A DNA stretch of 47,172 bases from Mesotaenium endlicherianum (Eukaryota), in NCBI GenBank assembly GCA_009602735.1, contig WELA01003381.1, forward strand, positions 1 through 47,172, given 5' to 3'. The translations under genes were made by a program, and so were the position numbers. Below, piece after piece: positions 1-12,328 of this stretch. The first letter of the stretch is position 1. The number at the start of each line of letters is the position of its first letter. A model generated the notes under the pieces. The model was not told where the DNA came from. It ran no database searches and was given only the letters and a program-made list of their open reading frames with translations.

Positions 1-77
1 TTGTGTTCAAAGATCCTTGTCTTGAATAGATAAAGTATTCTGTTTTACTAAGTACTTTATCTATCTGTTTCACTTCA
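1..77 (+). repeat. 3' end of an LTR (family L3), truncated by window start
   Basis: 1-70 matches 47103-47172 with one mismatch and is the reverse complement of 17481-17558. Ends CACTTCA (the other copy has CACTACA), a TG...CA LTR-type terminus. Confidence 0.8.
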
Positions 78-170
78 CCTACCATCATAACACAAACTTA
101 CTTCTCTTCCTGCATCTCCTGTGACAAAGATTGAAACCCTATCAACTTGTGCCCCGGTTACATGTGCAGG

Positions 171-467
171 ATGGCTCTTACCACACAAAAAGAAGACAGA
201 AAGCGCAAGGCAGAAGAAGCCAGGAGGACAATGGAGCAATACCAGAAAGAGCTGGCGGCGACGTCCCTCAATAGGAGAGAACAAAAAAGGGTCCGCAAAC
301 AACAAGAGGCGGCAGAAGAAGTACAGAGGAAGAAGGAGCAGGAGGCGGAAAATCTCAGGAAGGCTGAGGAGGAGAGACAAAAGAAAGAAGAAGTGGCGGC
401 GGCAGAGGAGGAGAGAAGGAAGAATGCTGAAGCTGAGAAGCTTGGTGTATACCATGGAGTCTCATGA
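171..467 (+). pseudogene. Truncated charged coiled-coil ORF resembling the N-terminus of the chromovirus extra 3' ORF at 38990
   Basis: RKRKAEEARRTMEQYQKELAATSLNRREQKRVRKQQEA vs KRKRRAEEAHAEYLQFRGDIESSSISARESQRLQQQREA. Both ATGs sit in the context GCAGGATG. Confidence 0.45.
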
Positions 468-580
468 CATCACTTAGGTGTCATCGTGCCTCTTGGTAAC
501 ATAATATATATAATATATGTATATAGATATATATATATATGTTATATAAAACGCGCTATGTATTTATGTATTATAATCGA

Positions 581-2103
581 CGTCGCGACTGCTATCCACT
601 TGACGGTGCCGCACGCGCAGCGCAAGTCACGGTCGCCCAGGTACGGGAAGTCAGCATTGACTCACAGACCAGAGGACCGAGTCAGCGGTCATGTTGAAGT
701 CGTTGTCACTGTCAAAGTGGTCACGACACGTCACACCCACACCCAAAACGGGATGGGGATGTGGACCGAGTGGGCAGCCGAAAGGCTAGGGGCATGGAAC
801 CAGCAATGAGCCAGCCTAGCGAGTGCCAAGAAAGGTACTGATCAATCGGCTATTCAAGCCAAGTACAGCGGGGACGTTGCAAAGGGCGTTGAGTGCCGCC
901 TTGGCTAGGCCCTCAGGTGACTGGTCACGGCCTGAGCGTTCATCCTAAATGTTGCCAGCCAGCCACATAGGCGTGATTGTCAGGTGGAAGGCTAAGTGGT
1001 CACGCGCAACAATCCTAATGCATGCATGCATGTTGAATGACAACTTCTAAGCTGTGTGAGAGCTGCTGGGTAAGGACGGCATGCAAGCTAAGCGCTGTGA
1101 CTAAGCACTGGTATTCTCGAAAGAGGACAGTGTGTGGTGCTTGTGAAAGGCACGAGTCCTGCCATAAGCTGCCTTATCCTTGCTCGCATTGTTGTCAAAG
1201 GAAGCTGAAGAAGCAGAAGGAGTGCAAAGAAGAAGGAGTTCCCAAGGCCATAGAAGGGCCGAGGTGCCACGCTTCTACCGACGCTAAAAGATTTCTTCTT
1301 AAGTGTATCATAGAAAGGTTAGGCCTCAGGAGTTCCCAAGAGAGGATCTCGCTGGTGGAAAGTAGAGAGCTGCAAAATAGAATCTGTTAGGAGATTAGCG
1401 CAGATTGAGGTCAAATGCCGCAAGCGTGCGAGGGTCACTTAAAATGGTGAGTGCTGTGTTAGTCTCCAAGTTCTCAGAAGTCTCCATTGTCGAATTGCTA
1501 ATAGCAAGAGTAGTATTAACAAGTAAAGCTCTCAGTGAAGAACTGAGTGAGCCCAGCCAAGCACTGAAGAACTGTTAAGGCGCGGTGTTGAGCGAAGAGC
1601 TCAGACCAGGCCAGCATAGATGTGCAGTTCAGAGTTTTGTAAGCTGTGACTCGTGGAAGTTAAGCGAAAGTCTTGAAGGGCGATTTTCTCTGAACTTGAC
1701 ATTGCCTGTTAAGCTGCTTAGACGTGATTTCTGCAAACTACAAACTTGTTCATTCTGTAAACCCTCAACTTGGGCGAAAGCCTGTGTGGAAGTAAGACGC
1801 TTCTGTCCTTGTAAGGGAAATTGAAGATAAGCTATCTTTTCGAAAATTTCTTGCTAAGTGTTGAATGAGGAACTGGTTGAACATGGGAAGCACTGAGTGT
1901 GGGATGCCTCACCGCATGATGCAAGTGCAAGAAGACCAGGAATGGGTCAAACCCCAACCAGTCTGTCACTGACACACGTGCAAGGGACGATCAACCCGGT
2001 CGATGCCCACGTGCAGCGACGCACCGACACGTCAACCAAGTCGAAGGCACACGTGCTGAGAAGCCACGCACGCGCCAGGGGTCCGTCGCTGTTAGGCACG
2101 ACA
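581..2103 (+). repeat. Isolated ~1.5 kb unit of LTR family L2 (segments B+A of the DNMT-Gypsy LTR)
   Basis: Reverse-complement homolog of 18284-20600 and 20603-20947. Termini (C/T)GTCGCG...CACGACA. Flanks TCGA/TCAA are a possible 4-bp TSD. Sits in TA-rich DNA. Confidence 0.8.
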
Positions 2104-2490
2104 TCAATAATACAATATATATAGCCTTGACATATACATATGTATACGTATATACATTCCTGTATATGTACAAACAATATCTATACGCAAAATGCAAAGT
2201 ATAGCCCGTATATATACACGTGTATGTACTCTTACGAACTATGCATATATGCGATGCAAAATTGCAAACCGTAGCTCATATATATACACGTATGTATATA
2301 ACCAAATGAGCTTTGCAATGTTGCGAGACATCAAGCCATAATATATATAAATACATATACATATTACTTAATACGCTTGCATGCAATAGTGTGACTCGTT
2401 AACCTTATATGTAATAATACACAAATGTATATTATTACAGATTACACACTAAAGCGAAACATTGAGCTATAATGTGTACGTGCATATACA
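2104..2490. repeat. AT-rich/(TA)n region with degenerate tandem units; continues 497-580; possibly the decayed LTR of the adjacent Gypsy
   Basis: Repeated tatatatacacg and gcaaaatgcaaa motifs; lies directly 3' of the decayed minus-strand integrase/chromodomain. Confidence 0.4.
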
Positions 2491-4284
2491 CTACGCTCTT
2501 TGTCACTTGCCAAATGACAAACCAACAATATAATTTTCAACAAATCGCATTAAGGGTTATACAAAGTTCCCAGAAGAAAATTGTACATATATTTTAGAGT
2601 GCAACGGTGTTCGAGAACACCCTCATTACTCACACGACTTTCTTGTTCGAGTTTCAACTCCGGTGGATGAGGTTGATAACTACCTTCATACCTAAACATT
2701 GAGTACATCGACAGGGAACACAAGTGATCCCGCAAGGCAATAACGTTTGCTTGCTGGCACTGGAGCGGTAAGGTTGTAGTATGAACAGAATATTGTCGCC
2801 TAACGCAAACCTTGGCGCATCATGTGCGTGTCAATAAATTTCTTCGTGTTTATCTTGAGCGGCTACCAAAGCCATTGCCTGTGTGTACATTTCCAAAGAG
2901 AATGAACAGTTGGCGTGCACTGAAACTCTTAGGTTGGCATCCCCAGCTTCACATTGTGAACTAAGTCGGAAAGCGGGGTGTAAGAATGCCTTTCATGACT
3001 TCTTAAGAACAAAAATGACTTAATACCTTCCGTCCAAACATTATTAACTGCAAATCTTGCGAGGGTATCTCAATCATGTTGAAGATCCACATAATGCGTG
3101 GGGAATCACTGCAAAACAGGGTTCAGTTGTTCTGTTTGGCGATGTGTCTGCGAATGAAAACTTATGGACATCTTGAAGTGCGTACCAATCACAAGACACT
3201 TCATGGAAGAAATGACTTGTAAATTTGATACAACGAGCACTTACAATGCCCTTGCGCATCCATGCGACTTGAAGTCACTATCAATAAAAAGACGCGCAGT
3301 CTTTTTGACAACAAGCGGCGGCGTGGTGGGCACAACGTGCATCACTTGGTGAAAGAATAAACTTTTTGTTTAACACCACTTGATGACCCCTTAGTGTAGA
3401 ACGCATGTTCACGATACAATCAAGGCTAATACGCTTTACAGGCCACTGGCAAGCTCTAATGGATGCAACTTTCAAGCTGGCAACGTATTGCCTTGTTTTT
3501 TCGCTGACAAGTTGCACAGTTGATGAAATACTCCTTAACACCAACCTTAAGGGACTGCCACAGGTTACCCTTCATGCAACAAACAAGGCAGTTTTGGCAG
3601 TACCATAACGACCAAGTAAGGAGAGTCATGCGCTGCACATAGTAGCACATACGTTACTTTGGCCTTCTGGGATCACAATGCACCCATTGTGCCACCAAAA
3701 TCCCTTCTTAAACAAAGTTAGAGACTTAATTCCAATTATTCAAATTGCACATCACGACCGCTACACGATTCAAGACAATACCAAGGAGATGTAGGAAAAA
3801 CGGATCCTCAGTGTAGCCATCCTTGATCATTTGATGCAGGTCAAATGAAAAAGAATTAGCTATGCTACCTGAAATGGGTTTGCTCGCGTCACCAGGCTCA
3901 TTTGGTCTAGACGCGTGCGTGGATACAGCAAAATCAAGGGTGGCCACCCCTGAAGCCTGACCGTTTTGTTCTACATGCCCAGCTACGGGTCTCATCAGCA
4001 AGACTACATGATGGAGATTCGACTGAAAGGATCAGCAACATTGTTGCAACCAGGGCGATACGCCCATTGAAAGTGGAATCATTGTAAGAACTCAGAGCAG
4101 CGTGTGTGCCTTCTTGATAATGTTGGTTGCTATTGGAAGAAGGTAACCAGACAGTAGTTCGTAACAACTGCGAGGCCCTTGAGCGTTCCAATCAGCTTCA
4201 CCAGACTCCTTTCAAGCGTTTTAATTGCTTAGAGCTCGCGCTCTATAAGTGAGTGATTATGTTCGGCAGTGTTCAGCTTACAAC

Positions 4285-7200
4285 CAGGGTTACGCCGTAC
4301 TTTTGTACGCTTAGTTCGACTAATACGCTAGTTCGCTTAGTTCGGGGTTCCAAAAAATGGACTAGTTCGCTTAATTCGCCTAGTACGCTAACGTCATGAC
4401 GGAGTCGACGTGAAATAGCTACGACGTCGACGTTCCATGTCGGTCACATGTAAAGAATTACGTCGTGTAAGTCCTTTTTTCTAGTTCAAAATGGCTAGTC
4501 TCTTTTTTTGGAAGCTTCCGGAAGTTTTTGCTGCCCGCTTTGCAGTGAAGGCTCGTGAAAATGTACTGGTCCTCTTTCAGGACATCCGGCGAAAGCTGAC
4601 GGGTTTGAACCACCGCCACCGGTTGCAAAGGATGGAGCCTAACCAAACTGCCATAGATAATGATTTGGGAGTTGGGAGTTCAGGTAATTCTATAAAAATA
4701 ATAATGGTATGGTTGAAGTCGGAAGGCCGCTCAGCAGACCTTCTTTGATGTACTTGTTAACGAACTTATTACTTAACATAATGTGTAAGAAGTTATGAAG
4801 ATCTATTTTGAAATTAATGAGGTCTGCATAAAACATTTGAAGCACTCATAATCATCAAACATGTAAGAATTGCGAAGTACCTATAATTGCCTCTTAGAGA
4901 TAAACTGCGCAGTAGAGCCTCAGCGAAAAACGTGTTGGAGAACACTGAGAGGGCCGCTTAGCAAAGGCTCTTTTTAGTACTTATGTAGACTATCATTTCA
5001 ATGAGAAGGCTTAGAAGTAACTCTGATTCTTAATTGAGTACAATACGCTTCAATGAAGAAGTGTAAAGAGGATTTAACCATTTAACAAGCATACGTTTGC
5101 CCACCTTACTAGAGTTGGTTGTCCACTTTTCACAGTCGGTTGGTTTTACTTGGCCTTTTTTGAGGTGGTTTTTACCTCATAAATAAAGGTGGCAATTTGC
5201 GTGCTTGTCAATTTTGGAGCCTCCATTATAAATCATATGGATAGTATATTGAATATATTAATACAAACATTGATCCAATCTTGAATTAAATTAAAGTCCT
5301 AAAACCTTAATATTGTACCTTCATAGCCACCTATAAAAAATACATTGCGCCAAATCTTTCATAACTCTATTTTACAAGCATGACAAACCAGGTCCAGCCT
5401 ACATGCTATAGTTCATGAGCTAATAGCTTCGCAACAAGTGAAGTAACCAACTTGTGAGAATGCCTTGAGACCTCTCATATACCTCTTTTTGCCTGCATAA
5501 ACAAACACATGCAATTCACATCGAGTTCACATCGTCAATTCAAAGGAAAACAAGAGCTACAAAGCCCGAGAGCACATACAAAGAGGGAGAGAGAAAGAGG
5601 AAAGAGATGTCAAGAGAAGAGAGGAAGAGTAAGAGTGGGAAAGAGGGGAGAGCNNNNNNNNNNNNNNNNNNNNNNNNNNNNNNNNNNNNNNNNNNNNNNN
5701 NNNNNNNNNNNNNNNNNNNNNNNNNNNNNNNNNNNNNNNNNNNNNNNNNNNNNNNNNNNNNNNNNNNNNNNNNNNNNNNNNNNNNNNNNNNNNNNNNNNN
5801 NNNNNNNNNNNNNNNNNNNNNNNNNNNNNNNNNNNNNNNNNNNNNNNNNNNNNNNNNNNNNNNNNNNNNNNNNNNNNNNNNNNNNNNNNNNNNNNNNNNN
5901 NNNNNNNNNNNNNNNNNNNNNNNNNNNNNNNNNNNNNNNNNNNNNNNNNNNNNNNNNNNNNNNNNNNNNTGTTCTCCCCCGCAACAGCCCTTGCACTCTC
6001 ATGCACGCAAAAATAAATGAGGACAGCACACAAACACCCACAACAACTCACGCGCCTACAGGGGGGGCACGCGAACACACGACCCCATGGTTGTTCCCCC
6101 CCTCCACTTCACCAGCAAACAGAAGTGTGCATGCGTGCGCGTGTGCCAGTCGACACACGCGCACACAGCCACGCGCCTTCAGGGATGCAAGCGTGAGTGT
6201 GCGTGCCACCCTTCGCACACCCGGCTAGGGCGGGTGCCGCTGCTCTTGTCGGATCCCCGCGCACAACCTTCACATAGCCAACACCCCCTTGCCCATGGAA
6301 GCAAGAGGCATGACTCCACCCAGCGGGATCCCACAACGCAAGCACACGTGAAGGGATGAGAGAGAGAGAGAGGGCACGGGGTCTCATACCTGGGGATTGA
6401 GGAAGGCGTGCTCTCTNCTCTCTCAGCCTGGCCACTATTGTNTCTCTCAGCCTGGCCACTATCGTGCTAAACTCAATGGCCGTTGTCGTCGTGCACACTA
6501 CATGCACCACCTGATGCAGCCAGCCAACTAGCCAGCCCGCCACGTGCCAGCTGCTCAAGGGATATGTTTGGGAGCAAGATAGCCCATGCAGGCTGTCCAA
6601 GGAGCCCCCCTTCCTTTCTCCTTCCCCTTTTAAGGAGTAGGAGGGGCAGCAAGGGAAGGAGGAGGTGCAGGAGCAGGAGGAGATGTGACCATAGAGGAGG
6701 TACAGGAGCAAAAGCAGGTGCCGGAGGAGGAGGAGGAAGAGGTGCAGCAGGAGGTTCAGAGGTTTAGCAGGACGAAGAGCAGGGAGAGGAGGCGAGAGAT
6801 TAGCAGAAGCAGGGACGAGCTACAACCCAGCCAGTCCAAGGATGAGTCGCCAGCCCGGGGGTAAGGCCCAGGGCAAAGCTACCGCCGGCCCAGCCTTGAT
6901 CTGCAGCCCAACGGCGAGCCACAGCTAGCCAGTCCAGGGCAGTATGGGGTGCTACAGCCTAGCCCGGGGTAAGAACTACGGCCAGTCCAATCGTGAGCTG
7001 CAACCCAGTATGCCCCTGCCAGCAAAACCTAGGCAACCTTGGCTTTCTCTCCTCTCCTCGTCCTTGGCAGCTCCCAAGCAAAACAAGCAAGATAATTCTG
7101 AAACACCAACCCTGACAACACCTCGACACATGGCAACAGCTGCCTGATACATAGCAGCTGTCGCAAGCACACAGAAAGGGAGAGTTTTTTAGATAAGAGA

Positions 7201-7739
7201 GGGAGAGAAGAGGGAGAGGAGAGGGGGAGAATGGGGGAGAAAGCGAGAAAGAGCATAAGTGCACTGAGATGGGGGGATGGGACAAAAAAGAGAGACAGTG
7301 TTGCAAGACAAACTAAACAAACCTAGGACGGACATGGTTGCGGCTGCACATATGTCCATGGTTGCAAAGTTCGAGTTGATGGGGGTTGTGCAGTGAAGAA
7401 ATGTGCGACTGCATTGATGCGAGCAACGTTGCCGCTGCCTTGCCAAAATATTGGCAAAAGCCAAAACATTGGCGATCGAGTTTTGCAAAAATTCACAATA
7501 CCCGTTATTGCTGCAAGAACCTGACACACAGACCTGTACATTTTTGATCCCGTCAATCCACGCGTTTCTTAAACTCACGAGCGAAACAAGTCGACGAGAA
7601 AAGATTCGCCGGCATTGGACTTGATTCGGGCGGCGCGCATGCGTGAAATTTTACTCGTACGCTTAGTACGGGCGAACCGACTCAGTACGCTTAAATAAGC
7701 GTACGAAGCTTGGCCTGTACGGCGTACGACGTAACCCTG
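4285..7739. mobile_element. Non-autonomous hAT-superfamily DNA transposon
   Basis: TIRs CAGGGTTACGCCGTAC (4285) and GTACGACGTAACCCTG (ends 7739). 8-bp TSD CTTACAAC/CTTACGAC. Subterminal TAGT(T/A)CG repeats at both ends. No transposase ORF seen. Confidence 0.85.
5654..5969. other. Assembly gap
   Basis: Run of N flanked by GA-rich sequence. Confidence 1.
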
Positions 7740-9177
7740 CTTACGACTCTCAAAACCAAGAAGATTGTCTGCCTGCAACAAGACAATCCTTGTTCAACAC
7801 TAGGCACATTCACAACAACCTTGTAATGTTGGGTGAGATTGTCCAAAGTGCGAACTAGCGCATGTGTGAGGGCATACGAAATGCGCTCAACGCAAAAAAA
7901 CGTCTATACAGTTTTCAAATAAACGACACGTGCCATCCATTTGCAAAAATTGATGTAATAATTTGCAAACCGAAGGAATGAACACACACTGAGCAGAGAT
8001 TGGAACAGGCCACGTTGCTCCACAAGCAAGTTTGGCCAGGTTTGGACGCACCCATGACCTTACAACATGTTCGAAGTACCACAATGTCGAGTACCACCAC
8101 GTCAAGTACCACCACGAGTCGTTTGCTAAGTGACCGTATCACCGCTGTCGTTTATAATGGAATTTTGAGACAAATGTGATCACAAAGAACGTTATAAACG
8201 AGTGAATGAAGGGCCCACTAGAGTATGTATGATTGTAAGCACATGAAATGCAACTTCATCATAGCCAACCGTATTGGCACTCTTATCCAAAGAACACACC
8301 ACTTGCGCTCAATATATTCAAACCGTGAATATCAAGGGGATACACCACTTTCTGTAACGCATGCGCACATGCGTTAAGAAAACATTAGTTGTCCAAAGTA
8401 TGCCACAGAGTGGTGCCATACAACACGACGACTCCTTGGGCGTTGGATACCTTGAGATCTTATAGATTTGGGCAACGCGCGTTACGTCATACGTAATAGC
8501 AAGGCCAACCTTCTCGAGGATCATCAATGCATATGCAAGCGCGAAACGCGCACAGTGTATGTGATCCCCTTGTACGACATTTGAACGCACTCAATGTCAC
8601 ATGTGGGGGCTACACAATCAAACGCCAACACAACAAGACTGAACGCGAGAGGTCGTGACCTAACGCTCTTGAAGTGCGTAGACTAGCCCAAAACAGTGGA
8701 CTAATGGACAATGCAAAGAAGAAAATTGCAAAAATATGTAGATTCTAGCGATTGTCAAATAATGAAAGAACAAAATGGAACTTTTCAAGTAAAATGGGAT
8801 GCCAACCTTGACATGATTTGAGTGAGCGTTGTGATAAGCGGGGCGGTTTTCCTATCGCTTTCAAGCTCAAATCCATGTGAGAGGGGTGGGTCACAAATTG
8901 ACGAGACAAAGCAGAAGCTAAAGCATCACGCCAAAGAGTGTAGAAAGAGAAGGGGAACGAATTAACAAACTTCAAAGACTCAAAGTCAAAACAAGTTGTC
9001 AAATCTGGTCAAATTGTGACCAAATCGTGACGACTCTGCGGTCAATCTAGAAAATGCCCGACTGAGTCAATTCCTGTAGAATAACGACTAGTGCAACAAT
9101 GTCATGGAAAGACCTCGGGCAAAAAGCCCGTCGGGTGTGTCGAAAGATGCGCGCGGCACGAGCGAATACAACATGGG

Positions 9178-9897
9178 TGAAATGAATCGACTTACCAATA
9201 GGCGAATAACAATTAATGAAGATCTTTATATTAGCCAGTAATCTTTATGTTATTTTTTGTTAACTGATTAAACAGCAAAAAGACAACACACTAGCAGTGG
9301 ACAATACTCACAAGTCAAATGCAAGTAAAGTAGCATCAATAATGCAATCAGTAAACTCGTACATAAGCAAGGCTAGAAGACAGTGTGTGTCAATGGCTTC
9401 TCGCCTTGGATTCAGATATCTCTCAGTAAGCAGTACAAGAGAGTTGGCCTCGTTTCCAAATGCCGAACTCGAGACCAATATCTAGCATATGTATATGGAA
9501 TGAGTTTACAGTTCAACGGCAAGTGCGATGGCACCGCCTACCCGGGAGTTAACCACGTTGGTAGGATCTCGGTTAACCAAATCCACCGCCATCTCCCATC
9601 ATCCCGAATCGCCATCCATCCTAAGGATGTCATGTGGCCATTCATCTAGCACACCACACTTAGATGCATATCTAGGCAGTTTGCTGCTACCGAGTACGGA
9701 AGTCAGCTGGCTGTCAAAGAATGTGTCAGCAAGCTGTCCTAAGTTGACTTCAGCCTGCTGCTCTCGGCTGAGTCATTAAATTGATAAGTATATAAAGTCC
9801 AGCAGAATGAATTTTGATTAAAGTTCAGCAGGTTGAAGTTAATTAACTAATACATACAAATGAATATTATATAATATCAATATACTGATTCATTACA
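9178..9897 (-). repeat. Solo LTR, family L1 (LTR of the chromovirus at 32808-41485)
   Basis: TGAAATGAATCG...GATTCATTACA; reverse complement of 19756-20464. Flanks ATGGG/GTGGA match only imperfectly. Confidence 0.9.
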
Positions 9898-10029
9898 GTG
9901 GATGGGACGGGTGGGAAATATAAATAAAACCCCCGCTGATCCCTCATTTGCAACGGGACAAAAAATGGCTCCTACGGTTGCAAAAATTGACTTGACATGT
10001 GCGAGGGGGACTAATAAATTGTCGCCCTT

Positions 10030-10385
10030 AATCGCAAAAAGTCCACAGATTTTTGTAAAATCCGAACTCCCCTACCTTGGGTTTTACCAAATAAAACCCT
10101 CATATGTGCAACGCGATACAAAGTCCACATACAATCTCAAATCTTGAGTGTAACACGTGGGCGGGTGACTGACACCTTTGATCACAAAAGTCAACCAAGG
10201 GTAGTCCACAGATTTTTGTGAAAACCAAACTTCTTGACCTTGGGATGTACATGTAAATCCCATGCGTCTGCAAAAATCGACCAAACATGTGAAAGGAGGA
10301 CTCACAAAGTCCCCTAATCCATGAAATGTTGACTAGGGGAATGCCACAGATTTTCGTAAAATTTGGGTTTCCCTATGGTGGAATT
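10030..10385. repeat. Three degenerate ~150-bp direct repeats upstream of the transposase (possible subterminal repeats)
   Basis: CCACAGATTTT(T/C)GT(A/G)AAA cores at about 10043, 10206 and 10344. Confidence 0.55.
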
Positions 10386-12328
10386 TAACTAATCAAATAC
10401 CCTCTTTATATGCTGGTGGTATATAACGACCAGCAGGAGCATTGCTGGGGCCAAAATTGGCCTCCAGTAGACCTTCAAAAGGTCACGTGACAGCACAGGT
10501 GGTCCGCCGAGCTTGTCGGCCAGACTGAACGGGAAGAGGGAGCCTCTAATAAAAGAAAGTCCCCCCCCCCAAGCGACTGACCGGAGCGGCCGAGGTCATA
10601 AACGGGCCCACAGCGGACCTTTTTTTTGGCCACCAAGGGGACCCGTAAGGTCCCCCGTCATGAAAGCAATCCTGCCGATCCACCTGGCGAGATCGGGCGG
10701 GCAGGAGGAGCCCGTGAAAGATCCCCCCCACTCTAAAAACTTACTAATATATATGCTGGCGTATGCAGACGCCAGCAGCGACCACAAAAGGCCAAGGCAA
10801 ACATGCCCAGCCGTACATCAAAAAACGTCAAGATGACGCGACACTGCGCCGATATAACGTCACCACATGCAGCCCAAATGCCCATTTTTTGGACACTTAG
10901 GTACTTTATAGCGCCATTTGCGGCGGTTTTATCGGAATGGTATGAAATCTGGACAACTAAGAGATAACCCCCATATAAAGGCCTCTCTAAAGTTTCAAAC
11001 ACAGCTGACATATTTTCCATAAGTTATTACACTTTTAGTAAATTGAAGAATATGTCAACAAAAGTGGAAATTGTCACTTTCTCTCATTCTTGCTGCTTCA
11101 CACAAATGACCATCATTTCTTCAAAAAGTTCCTAATGGACTCCATTTTGAGAGGTTACTAAGGACCCTCATAGGTAGCCATGAAATTAAAAATATATTAA
11201 TTTTCATAGAATCACTTTAAGTTATGGACCTCCAAAGTTTGCCATGTGGCGCTTTTCACACATATGAAGAGTGGCCGTCCGTAAAATGCGGTATTCTTGT
11301 AGTACGGATCTGAAAATTGTTTTTTTGGATTTTTTATGCCCCCATAGAGCTATTGATGAAGTTTTGGGTCATTCCATTCAGTGAGACCCAAGATATGCAC
11401 ACAAACTGAAATCTACAAAAGTAAGCGATAGTTGGAAAAATATTACATGTTGCACTATTCTTTCACTTCATCAGATGGCCATAACTTGTACTCCACTTTT
11501 TTGATTCCCCCCAAATTTTTAGGAGGCATTAAGGATCCAACTGGGTAACCATGGATCAAAAAAAAATCAGTTTGCATCAAACCACACCAGGCTGTGAGCC
11601 TCCAAAATGTGACATATGGAGTTTCTCGCACATGTGAAGCATGCCAGTCCGTACAATGCAGAAACACTTGGAGTACGGATCTGAAAATGGTTCTACTAGA
11701 TTTTGCACCCCCCCATAGTATTACTGGTCAACTTATAGCCCATTCTAAGCACCACAGCCCAAGATAAGGTCCATGAGCTACATATGCAAAAGTAGGCGAT
11801 AAGTCGCCTACTTCTTGAATTGTGACTTTTTTTCATGCATGTGTTAACAACTTGGCATTGTGTTATGCTAGTACTTTGCATGATTTTTCTTCTATGTAAG
11901 AGGATTCCATAACAATTTCAAGTTTGAAAGTTGAAGGTGTTTTCAATCTTGAAGAGTTTTTTGAAGTTTAATGAAAATTACGCGTAAAAAACCTGACATT
12001 GTAGTTTTCACACTCTCATAAGTCTTGCTACATGTGCATTTCAATGTATGCCACATTTTTGGTGTGTAGGCAGATGTGAACTCTACATGTTCGTATAAAT
12101 TTTTTTCCTAAAAAGCAAAAAATGTTTTTTAGAATTAAAATTCAAAAATAAAAAATACCAAAGAATTGCTGAACCAACATTTTACCACCTACCTACCTAC
12201 CAATCCGCCTATAACTCTGTACACATTCATACAAATTTCTTTTTCATCATGAATCTTGTAGAGTCTGTGTCCCAGGTAGAACTGCACCCATTCCTAGAGC
12301 CAAAAAGCATCATGATCAACCCAATCAA

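Larger units (their letters stand above)
2550..9170 (-). mobile_element. Heavily decayed Ty3/Gypsy pol (protease-RT-RNaseH-integrase remnants), split by the hAT insertion
   Basis: Minus-strand fragments HQMIKDGYTEDPFF and FKKGFWWHNGCIVIPEG (pre-integrase), RT-like fragments at 7890-8300, protease-like fragments at 8750-9000; many stops and frameshifts. Confidence 0.65.

Noticed and set aside
4290..4400. CRISPR-like short repeats
   Set aside because: Irregular 7-10 bp motifs without unique spacers; these are hAT subterminal repeats.
5509..6228. Long ORFs here and at 40885-41280
   Set aside because: Artefacts of N runs.
9297..9779. Recurrent short ORFs in L1 and L2 LTR copies
   Set aside because: They recur only because the LTRs are repeated; no protein motifs and variable stops.
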